From NCBI GenBank assembly GCA_949298405.1, contig CASFWA010000001.1, positions 210,023-274,022 of the forward strand: DNA of 64,000 nt. Direction: 5' to 3'. Position numbers and translations under genes: made by a program. The notes beneath the pieces were generated by a model that was not told where the DNA came from, did no database searches, and worked only from the letters and a program-made list of their open reading frames with translations. The stretch is from an uncultured Pseudomonadota bacterium (lineage in GTDB: Bacteria > Pseudomonadota > Alphaproteobacteria > Rs-D84). Shown piece by piece: positions 19,378 to 28,198 of the stretch. Within the stretch, counting starts at the first letter, position 1; each line of letters opens with the position of its first letter.

Positions 19378-20658
19378 ATGAAAAAGTTTTTATTATTTCC
19401 AGTTGTATGTTTGTTAATATGTGGCGCAGTCATAGATGCACGTGCGGCGTGCGAATTTAGAGAACTTGGTCTATTTGATATAAAAAATAGTAATGAATAT
19501 TTATATCAAAACCCTTCGGATTATAATGCTAATTATACTTTAGAATGTGGTGGTGGGTATTGCCCAAGTCAGCAAAAAGTTTTTATGAATGCTAACCATT
19601 ATCATGACGGTAAAAAAATACCAACTGCTAAAATTTACACTTGTGTAGCATCTGGGGATACACGTTGGTCGGAATATAATGTTATGGATTTGGCAGAATG
19701 TACAAAAGTTGTATGCAAAATAGATAATGTTTTATATAACATTGATGGTTGGTATATTATGGATGCCAGAGATGGTACTTCTGGTGTGGCAACTGGCAGA
19801 AAAAATCAATTGTTGGTTCAAAGCGAAACAGATTTGTGTAGATGTAAAAATCCTACAAATAGTTCTAACCCAGAACCTGTAAAACCAGAACCTGTAAAAC
19901 CAGAACCTGTAAAGCCCGTTCAACCAACAAATCCTGGAACAAAGACTTCTTGTGTACAACAAAGATGTGGTGGTTTGACTGGCAGTCAGAAATCTGAATG
20001 TGTGACTTGCTGTTATGTCCCTGCATCCCTTGCAAAGTGGGAAAATGGTGTATGCAAGTGTCAACAAAATCCTAATCAGAAGTTTAACCCTGCAACTTTG
20101 CAGTGCGAGGATGTTGCAACTGTTGCGCCACAACCTGTGGCACCACAATATGATTGTGATACAACAAAACTTGCACAAGTTGCAAAGTGGAAAGTTACAT
20201 ATGGTTCTAATTTAGAAGTTTCTACATTAATAAATATCATTCTTGATTATTGTAATGGTGCAACAAGAGTGGAAAGCGTATTTAATGCATATTATGTTGA
20301 ATTGCAGGCATTGATTGATAGCCTTCAAAAATCAGAAGCAGAGGCAGCGGCGGCAGCTAAAATTACTGCACAGATTAATGCTTCTAAAACTAAAATAAGT
20401 GCCGCAGTTGAAGAAATGAACGCTATTTCTGCTGGATTTGATGATAGTGTTTGGAAAAATGAAGAAGGTAAGTTTAATACTTCGCGTCTTGTTTCCGATT
20501 CTGTCGCAGGGGTGGTTTTAGGTACTGCTGGTGGCTTGATTACAAGTAATGTCGTTAAAAAGAATCAAGTAGAAAATGGATTTGAAGATATACAATGCAC
20601 CGTCGGTGGACAAGTCGTCGCCGGTTGGGGCGATCAGTTCCGCGTCGGTATCCAATAA
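19378..20658 (+). CDS. Secreted Cys-rich protein with Pro-rich linker and C-terminal glycine-zipper region
   Basis: ATG at 19378 after GGGGAGA; signal peptide (ARA|A); many Cys; PEPVK x3; AGVVLGTAGG segment. Confidence 0.75.
   Translation: MKKFLLFPVVCLLICGAVIDARAACEFRELGLFDIKNSNEYLYQNPSDYNANYTLECGGGYCPSQQKVFMNANHYHDGKKIPTAKIYTCVASGDTRWSEYNVMDLAECTKVVCKIDNVLYNIDGWYIMDARDGTSGVATGRKNQLLVQSETDLCRCKNPTNSSNPEPVKPEPVKPEPVKPVQPTNPGTKTSCVQQRCGGLTGSQKSECVTCCYVPASLAKWENGVCKCQQNPNQKFNPATLQCEDVATVAPQPVAPQYDCDTTKLAQVAKWKVTYGSNLEVSTLINIILDYCNGATRVESVFNAYYVELQALIDSLQKSEAEAAAAAKITAQINASKTKISAAVEEMNAISAGFDDSVWKNEEGKFNTSRLVSDSVAGVVLGTAGGLITSNVVKKNQVENGFEDIQCTVGGQVVAGWGDQFRVGIQ
19870..19914 (+). repeat. 15-bp tandem repeat x3 (PEPVK)
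   Basis: CCAGAACCTGTAAAA three times (last ends AAG). Confidence 0.95.
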
Positions 20659-20674
20659 TCTAGATGGGGAAGAC

Positions 20675-20706
20675 AAAAAAATACCGGGGTTAACCCGGTA
20701 TTTTTT
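20675..20706. terminator. Bidirectional intrinsic terminator
   Basis: AAAAAAATACCGGG...CCCGGTATTTTTT between convergent genes. Confidence 0.85.
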
Positions 20707-21139
20707 ATTTTTGATTCTGTTTTTCAATAACTTTGTATAATAAGTTATCGCGAATTTTTATTTGGCGGAAAAAGTCTTGGCGTGTTTTGTGATTTAGACA
20801 TTTTAGAAAATCTGCTAAATCACCACGTGTCATAACTTCGTTTGTTGGAAATAACATTGCTACTGGGTCGCCAGTTTCTTTGTCTAAGTATTCAATAATT
20901 GTGCTTGCCAATTTTTCGCCCATAATAGGTTTTAGTTTTTCAAATGACTTTACCATATTCGCAGCGGCAGGATTTGGAAAATCAAGAGAAGTTAACCAAC
21001 CTGATTTGTTGTCTACTGGTTTGCCATTTATTGTTACAACTGCAAGTGGTGTACTTTGACATAATTCAAATGCAGAATCGCCACCTAAAACAGGTTGTTT
21101 AATTACATATGTGTTTTTTTTCTTTTTTGTCGGTTTCAT
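20705..21139 (-). CDS. Hypothetical protein
   Basis: 144 aa ATG ORF with its own TTGACA-N16-TATACT promoter (about 21200-21173) and terminator. Confidence 0.7.
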   Translation of the reverse strand: MKPTKKKKNTYVIKQPVLGGDSAFELCQSTPLAVVTINGKPVDNKSGWLTSLDFPNPAAANMVKSFEKLKPIMGEKLASTIIEYLDKETGDPVAMLFPTNEVMTRGDLADFLKCLNHKTRQDFFRQIKIRDNLLYKVIEKQNQK

Positions 21140-21333
21140 ATTTTACATCCGTTTATTAATAAATTTACATATAGTATATACCAAAAACAAAATTTGTCAA
21201 GCATGCTTGCTCTTGGAATGCTAGGGGTAAAGATTTTGCCATGTTTTTAGCGATTTGTACAGGCAGAATAATTTCCGTTTGTTTTTGCTTTTGTGGCAAG
21301 TTTCTTTACCGTATTGTTTGAAAGAATATTCTG

Positions 21334-23313
21334 TTATACGAATAAGTCTTTTACAAATTGGGCATGTTCTGTTATAAACTTGAATCTAAATTCAGGTTTT
21401 TTACCCATTAATTCAGATACGATTGTACGTGTCTTTTCTGTATCTTCTGCACCTTCATCTGTGCGTGGGGGCAGGTCAACACGAATCAAACGTCTTGTCT
21501 TTGGTGACATTGTTGTTTCTTTTAACTGATTCGGCATCATTTCACCAAGACCTTTGAATCGAGATATTTCTATCTTCTTATTTTTATATTTATTATTTTT
21601 TAGTTCTTCTAATTCTTCGTCTGTATCAACATAAATCGATTCGGTTCCACAAGTTAACTTATAAAGTGGAGGACATGATAAATACAAGTGACCACCATAA
21701 ATTAATTGTGGCATGTGTTGATAGAAGAATGCCATTAATAGTGATGCAATATGGCTGCCGTCAACATCAGCATCGGTCATAACTATTATTTTTTCATACC
21801 TTAATTTACTATCGTCCCAATCCTTTGCGGTTCCTGCACCAATTATATCAATTAATTCATTTAATTCTTTATTTGCCCCAAACCTTTCATCTGAATTAGA
21901 TATAACATTTAAGACCTTACCACGCAGAGGCATAATCGCTTGTGTAGCGCGGTCACGTGCTTGCTTTGCGGTACCACCAGCAGATTCCCCCTCTACTATA
22001 AATAATTCTGTACCTTCAACACCGTGCTTAGAACAGTCTGCTAACTTCGCAGGCATTCTGATTCGTTTTGTCGGTGTCTTCCTTGCAATGTCTTTTACTT
22101 GTTTGGTTTTTATTCTGGCGTTCGCAAGATTTATAACAAAGTCCAATAATGCATTTGCTGTTTTAGGGTCTGACGCCAAGAATATATCCCACGGATCACG
22201 CAATGCATTTTCTGTATATCTTGCAATTTCTGGATTAGATAACTTCTCTTTCGTTTGACCTAAGAATTGTGGGGTCTTGTAAAAAACAGATACTATCGCT
22301 GCAACAGAGTCGAACACATCGTCACCGATTATAGATGCTGCTGCTTTGTTGTTTACTTTTTCCCCATACGCTTTTATCCCCTTGGTTATCGCAGATTTAA
22401 ATCCTGTTTCGTGGGTTCCGCCATCTATTGTTGCAATTGTATTACAATATGATGAGAAAAATCCGTCATCGGATGCGGCACCATTTTCATCCGTTAAAAA
22501 TGTCAGTGCCCATTCAACGCGCCCCATATCATCAGGGAAATCTACACAACCACTGAAGATTTTAGGTAAAATACGCGGTTTTTCTTTTGTCTTTTCTTCT
22601 AAGAAATCTGCAACACCATTCGGATAATAGAATGTTGTATCCGCAGGAATATTCATGTCCTCTGTTAATAAACTTGGGTTGCAGTGCCATTCAACGCGTA
22701 CACCTTTGGATAAGAAAGATTTTGCGCGTGCCATGCGATATATTTTTATAGGCTTAAATACAGCGTTTGCACCAAATATTTCATCGTCTATTGTGAATCT
22801 TATCTTTGTACCGTGATTTTTTGTTGCCTCCCCACGTGTCATTGAACTGGTTGGTTTACCACGTGAAAACGTTTGACGCCATTCATACCCATCACGAGAG
22901 ATTGTCACAATCATCTCAGATGTTAGCGCATTTACCACCGCGCTTCCAACACCATGTAAACCACCACTGGTTTTATATACATTGTTATTAAATTTACCAC
23001 CAGAATGTAGGGTGGTTAATATGACTTCAAGTGCTGATTTCCCAGGATATTTAGGATGCTCGTCAACAGGAATTCCACGGCCGTCATCTGTAATTTCAAT
23101 GGTTTTTGCATCAATTAAGTTAACTATAATTTTTTTTGCAAAACCAGCAACTGCCTCGTCAATTGAGTTATCCATAATCTCAATCGGCAGATGGTGCCAT
23201 GCCTTTTCGTCTGTGCCGCCAATATACATACCAGGACGTAGGCGAACTGGCTCCAAACCTTCTAATACTTGAATATCTGATGCGTCATAAGAGTGTTTAT
23301 TTTGTTCTGTCAT
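21334..23313 (-). CDS. parE: DNA topoisomerase IV subunit B (type IIA topoisomerase B subunit)
   Basis: VLEGLEPVRLRPGMYIG, GGLHGVG, VEGESAGG, PLRGKVLN, MTDADVDG, RFKGLGEM; short (no GyrB insertion) with EPVR signature. Confidence 0.85.
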   Translation of the reverse strand: MTEQNKHSYDASDIQVLEGLEPVRLRPGMYIGGTDEKAWHHLPIEIMDNSIDEAVAGFAKKIIVNLIDAKTIEITDDGRGIPVDEHPKYPGKSALEVILTTLHSGGKFNNNVYKTSGGLHGVGSAVVNALTSEMIVTISRDGYEWRQTFSRGKPTSSMTRGEATKNHGTKIRFTIDDEIFGANAVFKPIKIYRMARAKSFLSKGVRVEWHCNPSLLTEDMNIPADTTFYYPNGVADFLEEKTKEKPRILPKIFSGCVDFPDDMGRVEWALTFLTDENGAASDDGFFSSYCNTIATIDGGTHETGFKSAITKGIKAYGEKVNNKAAASIIGDDVFDSVAAIVSVFYKTPQFLGQTKEKLSNPEIARYTENALRDPWDIFLASDPKTANALLDFVINLANARIKTKQVKDIARKTPTKRIRMPAKLADCSKHGVEGTELFIVEGESAGGTAKQARDRATQAIMPLRGKVLNVISNSDERFGANKELNELIDIIGAGTAKDWDDSKLRYEKIIVMTDADVDGSHIASLLMAFFYQHMPQLIYGGHLYLSCPPLYKLTCGTESIYVDTDEELEELKNNKYKNKKIEISRFKGLGEMMPNQLKETTMSPKTRRLIRVDLPPRTDEGAEDTEKTRTIVSELMGKKPEFRFKFITEHAQFVKDLFV

Positions 23314-23441
23314 AGTATTTTATTATTAGTACATTATTTGTTTTCTTGCAAGCGAAAGAATTTTTTTGTGACCTTTATGGGCTTGATTTTTTTAATAAAG
23401 AACTTATATATTTTGAGAAATAATTATGCAGGCATATAAAA

Positions 23442-24572
23442 ATGAATAAAAATCCTTATGAAGTACTTGGCGTGGCGCGCGATGCGTCAGATGCAGATAT
23501 TAAAAAAGCATATCATAAATTAGTTTTAAAATATCATCCTGATAAAAATCCTGGTGATAAAGAAGCAGAAGAAAAGTTTAAAGAAGTTAATAATGCTTTC
23601 GATATTTTGAAAGACCCGCAAAAACGCGCTGCTTATGATAGATTCGGGGATGCCGCATTTGCAGGTGGAAATGCGTCAGGTGCAAATCCTTTTGGGGCGG
23701 GCGGTAATCCGTTTGGTAACGGTGCTTTCCACTTCAATATGGGTGGTGGCGCAGGTATGGAAGATATCCTGCGCGAGGCTATGCGTGGTTTTGGTTTTGA
23801 TGGCTTTGGTGGCGGTGCACGCGCTGAAAATCGTCGTGGTGGACGCGATTTGCTAGACGAGGTAGTTATTGATTTAAAAGATGCTTATTTCGGAAAAACT
23901 CATACAGTTAAATTTTCTAGCGAAGTAAAATGTGATAAATGTAACGGCTTTGGGACAGCAGACGGGAAAGAAGCACCCGTTTGTTCAAGGTGTGGTGGTA
24001 CGGGGTATGTGCATACCAGTCGCGGTTTCTTTGCTATGGAAACACCTTGCCCAGATTGTAATGGCTTGGGGCATAAGATAGATAAAAAATGTTCACAATG
24101 TAATGGTGATGGTACTGTCAGAAAAAGTCGTACACTGGAAGTTAATATTCCTGCTGGCGTAGAAGATGGAACGCGGTTGCGTTTGGCGGGGCAGGGCGAA
24201 GCCGGACAAAATGGTGCGCCCGCAGGTGATTTTTATTTAGATGTTCGTGTTCGCCCAGATAAAAGATTTGAACGTAATGGTGCAGATTTAATTACCAAGA
24301 TAGATGTACCTTTTACTACACTTGCGCTGGGGGGTGAAATAGAAGTCGGAACAATCGATGATAAGAAGTTGGCAGTAAAAGTTCCAGCAGGTACACAAGT
24401 TGGCGAGAAGTTACGTGTGCGTGGGCATGGTATGCCAGGTAGACGTGCAGGTACTTTTGGGGACTTATATGTCGATATAACTATGACTGTTCCAACAAAG
24501 TTAACTGAAAAGCAAAAGAAAATATTAAACGAATTTGCAGGAACAAAATCAGAGAAAAAAGGTTGGTTTTAA
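23442..24572 (+). CDS. dnaJ: Chaperone DnaJ
   Basis: J domain HPD, G/F region, four CxxCxGxG repeats. Confidence 0.97.
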   Translation: MNKNPYEVLGVARDASDADIKKAYHKLVLKYHPDKNPGDKEAEEKFKEVNNAFDILKDPQKRAAYDRFGDAAFAGGNASGANPFGAGGNPFGNGAFHFNMGGGAGMEDILREAMRGFGFDGFGGGARAENRRGGRDLLDEVVIDLKDAYFGKTHTVKFSSEVKCDKCNGFGTADGKEAPVCSRCGGTGYVHTSRGFFAMETPCPDCNGLGHKIDKKCSQCNGDGTVRKSRTLEVNIPAGVEDGTRLRLAGQGEAGQNGAPAGDFYLDVRVRPDKRFERNGADLITKIDVPFTTLALGGEIEVGTIDDKKLAVKVPAGTQVGEKLRVRGHGMPGRRAGTFGDLYVDITMTVPTKLTEKQKKILNEFAGTKSEKKGWF

Positions 24573-24587
24573 TTTAATATTTTTTCC

Positions 24588-24619
24588 AATAAAAAACCGG
24601 CAAGTGCCGGTTTTTTATT
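24588..24619. terminator. Bidirectional intrinsic terminator
   Basis: AATAAAAAACCGGCA..TGCCGGTTTTTTATT. Confidence 0.85.
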
Positions 24620-25217
24620 TCTTTATCTGTTTTAGTTTTTCTGCAAATGTAAATGTATATTGTGTTGCAGACCACAATGATGCAATAAGGGATAACCATG
24701 TTCCCCAAATACCAATCTGTGGCAAGATATAAATCAAAAACATCATTGTTTGACTATTTGATTCTGGGGTAATTAATGTGCCAATTGCAAATAATAACAA
24801 GAAAGCAGCAATTGTTATCATCTGTAAAGTTGTTTTGATTTTACCCATTGAAAAACGTGCTTTTGGTACAGGCATTTCAATTTTTTGTGTGCCCAAGAAT
24901 TCACGTAGACCGCTGATGTATAACTCTCGTGCAATCATAATGATTACAGGTACAACGATAAACCATACTGGCATCATTACTGTTAACATAATTAATGTGT
25001 TAACTACTAATAATTTATCACCGATGTGATCCATTACGCCGCCAAGTTTTGAACAGACATTATATTTGCGCGCAAGGTAGCCATCAAACCAGTCTGATAT
25101 TGCGGCAAGTACATATAAAATAAATGTTGTCCAGTACAATCCAAACATTAGTGTTGGGATAATCGCAAATGCCGCGGTAATGCGGAATGCTGATAAAAAG
25201 TTAACAAAAAATTTCAT
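24615..25217 (-). CDS. pgsA: CDP-diacylglycerol--glycerol-3-phosphate 3-phosphatidyltransferase
   Basis: DWFDGYLAR...LG..MDHIGDK CDP-alcohol phosphotransferase motif; RE..ISGLR, GKIKT. Confidence 0.9.
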   Translation of the reverse strand: MKFFVNFLSAFRITAAFAIIPTLMFGLYWTTFILYVLAAISDWFDGYLARKYNVCSKLGGVMDHIGDKLLVVNTLIMLTVMMPVWFIVVPVIIMIARELYISGLREFLGTQKIEMPVPKARFSMGKIKTTLQMITIAAFLLLFAIGTLITPESNSQTMMFLIYILPQIGIWGTWLSLIASLWSATQYTFTFAEKLKQIKK

Positions 25218-25251
25218 AATTTACTCCTTTTTAGAATCATCAATGCTTTGA

Positions 25252-26676
25252 TTATATCACTTCTGAATGGAAATATGCATAGATTTTTTCTGCAGCAGAT
25301 TTACCAAGTCCAGGTACGCGTAATAGTGCAGGTAAGTCTGCATCTGATATAGCGCGAACAGAACCAAAATGGGTTAAAAGTGCTTTTTTTCTGGTTGGAC
25401 CTATGCCGTCTATTTCGTCTAAAACAGAAGATGTCATAGTTTTTGCACGTATTGTTCTATGAAATGTTATTACAAATCTATGCGCTTCATCGCGAACAGC
25501 GCGTAATAATAAGAACAGACTGGAATCTTTCGGTAAATCTCGGTATACGGAACCGTCTGGCATTATAAAATGTTCGTCCCCGTCACGAACTTCTCCTTTT
25601 GTTACACCAAGAATAGGTATATTAGGTGCAGTTTTATGTGCGATATTCCATTGGGCCGGCCCCCCGTCAACAATGATTAAATCTAATTTCGGACCGCGTT
25701 CAACTGCGCGAGATACGAATTCCTCCATCATGGCAATATCATTTCCTGCGCGTGCCGAATCGCGTAGTTTAAAATGTCTGTATCCCGACTTAATAAAACC
25801 CTCGTGACCAAATGTTATCATCGCACCAACTGGGTTTTTACCGAATAAATGTGAATTATCAAAAACGCCTGCACATTTAATTTTAAAACCTAACCATTTT
25901 TCTAATTTTTTTACATTTTCATCCCAGTTAAAATTCGTGCTATGTGCATGATTTCGCCGTATACCGCGATTTGATGTGTGCGTTAATTCTGCAATTTTAT
26001 CCCTGCATGCAGCAGCGGCTTCAAAGTCCATATTGTCAGAGTGTTTTTTCATCTCTTTTGTTAAGTCCGCAATTATTGGTTCGCTGTCACCAGTTAAAAT
26101 TTTTCGCGCCAGTTGTACATTTCTTTCGTAATCGGATTGTTGGATTGTACATGGTGCACTGCATCTTCCGATTTGATAAAGTAAACAGGGACGGGTCCTA
26201 TTGCGCATGAATGTATCTGTACATGTTCTTATTTTACAAACTTTCTGAATCGTTTTTATTGTTTCATTCAGCGCAGATACAGAAGGATAGGGACCGTAAA
26301 CGTCACGACGTTGCGATATTTTTCCACGAAATTTTAATAGTCTGGGATATTCGTGTTTTGTTAATGCTATCATCGGGTACATTTTCCCATCGGTAAGCAT
26401 TATATTATATTTTGGTTTTTGGGTCTTTATTAAATGCTGTTCCAATAATAAAGCATCCGATTCGGTTGCAGTTATATCCCATTCAACGCGTGCAACCAAT
26501 GAACGCATGACTTGTTTGTGAGGTTCTAACTTAGAGATGTCCAGATATTGGTGCAATCTATTAGATAAGTTTTTTGCTTTGCCCACATACAATAATGTAC
26601 CTTCGGCATCATACATCTTGTATATGCCTGGGGCGTTGGGACTATTTTCAATCAAATCAGAAAATTGAATATTCAT
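25252..26676 (-). CDS. uvrC: Excinuclease ABC subunit C (compact)
   Basis: GIY-YIG (PGIY..YVGKAKNL), Cys-rich region, UVR domain, FDNSH, VDGG, RDEAHRF, HhH. Confidence 0.93.
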   Translation of the reverse strand: MNIQFSDLIENSPNAPGIYKMYDAEGTLLYVGKAKNLSNRLHQYLDISKLEPHKQVMRSLVARVEWDITATESDALLLEQHLIKTQKPKYNIMLTDGKMYPMIALTKHEYPRLLKFRGKISQRRDVYGPYPSVSALNETIKTIQKVCKIRTCTDTFMRNRTRPCLLYQIGRCSAPCTIQQSDYERNVQLARKILTGDSEPIIADLTKEMKKHSDNMDFEAAAACRDKIAELTHTSNRGIRRNHAHSTNFNWDENVKKLEKWLGFKIKCAGVFDNSHLFGKNPVGAMITFGHEGFIKSGYRHFKLRDSARAGNDIAMMEEFVSRAVERGPKLDLIIVDGGPAQWNIAHKTAPNIPILGVTKGEVRDGDEHFIMPDGSVYRDLPKDSSLFLLLRAVRDEAHRFVITFHRTIRAKTMTSSVLDEIDGIGPTRKKALLTHFGSVRAISDADLPALLRVPGLGKSAAEKIYAYFHSEVI

Positions 26677-26725
26677 GCTATTTATGATAGAATATTATAA
26701 ATTAAATAGCAAATAGGGGTTTATT

Positions 26726-27190
26726 ATGAGACAAGAATCCGGTCGTTCAATGATAGAAATGATGGGCGTTTTAGCAATTATGGGTGTTATAACTGTTGGC
26801 GCAATTGCCGCTATATCTAGTGCGATGAGTTTGCAGAAAAGAAACACTGTAAATGATGAAGTTCTGCAAATGGTGACTCAAGTTCGTCAGTTGTTTAGCG
26901 AATATGATGATTATTCTAATATCAATAATTCTACGATTTTCGGGGCAATTGGTATGTCTAATAAAAACCCATACGGCGGAACGTATGAATTGTCTGTAAA
27001 TCCATCTAATTCTCGTCAATTTATTGTATCTATAAATGGGCTTTCGCAATCGGATTGTGAATATTTTGTGACAAAGGGTTGGGATGGTTCGGTTGGTTAT
27101 GAGATGTCTGGACGGACTGCCAGTGGTGCTTCTGGGAATTGTAATAATCAAAATGGTAAAAATGTCGTTCAGATAACATATGGCGAATAA
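26726..27190 (+). CDS. Type IV pilin (PilS-like type IVb-style C-terminus)
   Basis: Class III signal SG|RSMIEM with E5 and hydrophobic helix; NPYGG motif; C-terminal Cys pair. Confidence 0.8.
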   Translation: MRQESGRSMIEMMGVLAIMGVITVGAIAAISSAMSLQKRNTVNDEVLQMVTQVRQLFSEYDDYSNINNSTIFGAIGMSNKNPYGGTYELSVNPSNSRQFIVSINGLSQSDCEYFVTKGWDGSVGYEMSGRTASGASGNCNNQNGKNVVQITYGE

Positions 27191-27211
27191 TTATTTTGTC
27201 GGGGCGTGATA

Positions 27212-28183
27212 ATGGCAGAAATGATAGAGGTTTCTAAGACAGAAGAAGGAACACGCTTGTTGCGCTGGTTCCTGCGCCGCTATCCATCTATGCCACAACG
27301 CGAGTTTTATAAATTGTGTCGCGGGGGACAAATAAGAGTTAATTCATCCCGAGCGCACGGTCAAGAAATATTAAGGGCAGGGGATGTTGTAAGAATCCCA
27401 CCGACTGTTGGAAGTTATGCACATACAAATGTAAAGAAAACAGAGTCTGGCGAAATGTTTTCTTTGGCGGATTTAGAAAAACTGCGCAAATGTATTATTC
27501 ATTCTGATGAAGATATTGTTGTATTCAATAAGCCGGCGGGTTTGGCTGTCCAAGGCGGGACAGGAATTCGTAAGTCTGTGGATAAAATGGCTGCCGCCTT
27601 GTTTCCATATGACAAAATTTCTTTGGTTCATCGTTTGGATAAAGAAACAAGTGGTATTTTAGTAGTTGCTAAAAATCAAAGAGCAGCACAAATCTTGGCA
27701 GATGCATTTCAAACAAAAACCGCCCATAAAGAATATCTAGCGTTATTAAATGGTGATGTAAAACCTAAACGCGGTATAATAGATAATTATATGATAAAAG
27801 GGCAGGTGTTTGATAGTGCGGCACGTGTAAATGGGGGTACAGGGCAACGCCCACAACGCGCAATTACTGAATATGAAGTTTTAACTCAGGCGGGCGGGCA
27901 TCTGTCGTGGGTTTTGTTTTCACCTAAGACAGGAAGAACACATCAACTTCGTATTCATAGTGCTTTTTCATTGCATGCACCAATTGTCGGAGATACTTTG
28001 TACGGTACAGAAAAAAAACTGGATGGTACTTTAAGGTCAATGTTTGCAACAAATAACTTGTTTTTATTGGCTTATAAGATAACATTTCAGCACCCAACTA
28101 CGGGAAAAATGATGACTTTGCGGGCAGATGTCCCAGATTTTATGAAGCCTGTTATTTCCTTCTTGGAGTTTAAGTTGCCTTAA
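27212..28183 (+). CDS. RluA/RluC family pseudouridine synthase
   Basis: S4-like N-terminus, NKPAGLAVQGG, VHRLDKETSG, TGRTHQLR. Confidence 0.93.
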   Translation: MAEMIEVSKTEEGTRLLRWFLRRYPSMPQREFYKLCRGGQIRVNSSRAHGQEILRAGDVVRIPPTVGSYAHTNVKKTESGEMFSLADLEKLRKCIIHSDEDIVVFNKPAGLAVQGGTGIRKSVDKMAAALFPYDKISLVHRLDKETSGILVVAKNQRAAQILADAFQTKTAHKEYLALLNGDVKPKRGIIDNYMIKGQVFDSAARVNGGTGQRPQRAITEYEVLTQAGGHLSWVLFSPKTGRTHQLRIHSAFSLHAPIVGDTLYGTEKKLDGTLRSMFATNNLFLLAYKITFQHPTTGKMMTLRADVPDFMKPVISFLEFKLP

Positions 28184-28198
28184 ATTGCGTGATATAAA

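Noticed and set aside
21334..23313. gyrB assignment given proximity to dnaA/dnaN
   Set aside because: Length and EPVR signature fit ParE better, although a phylogeny is needed to be certain
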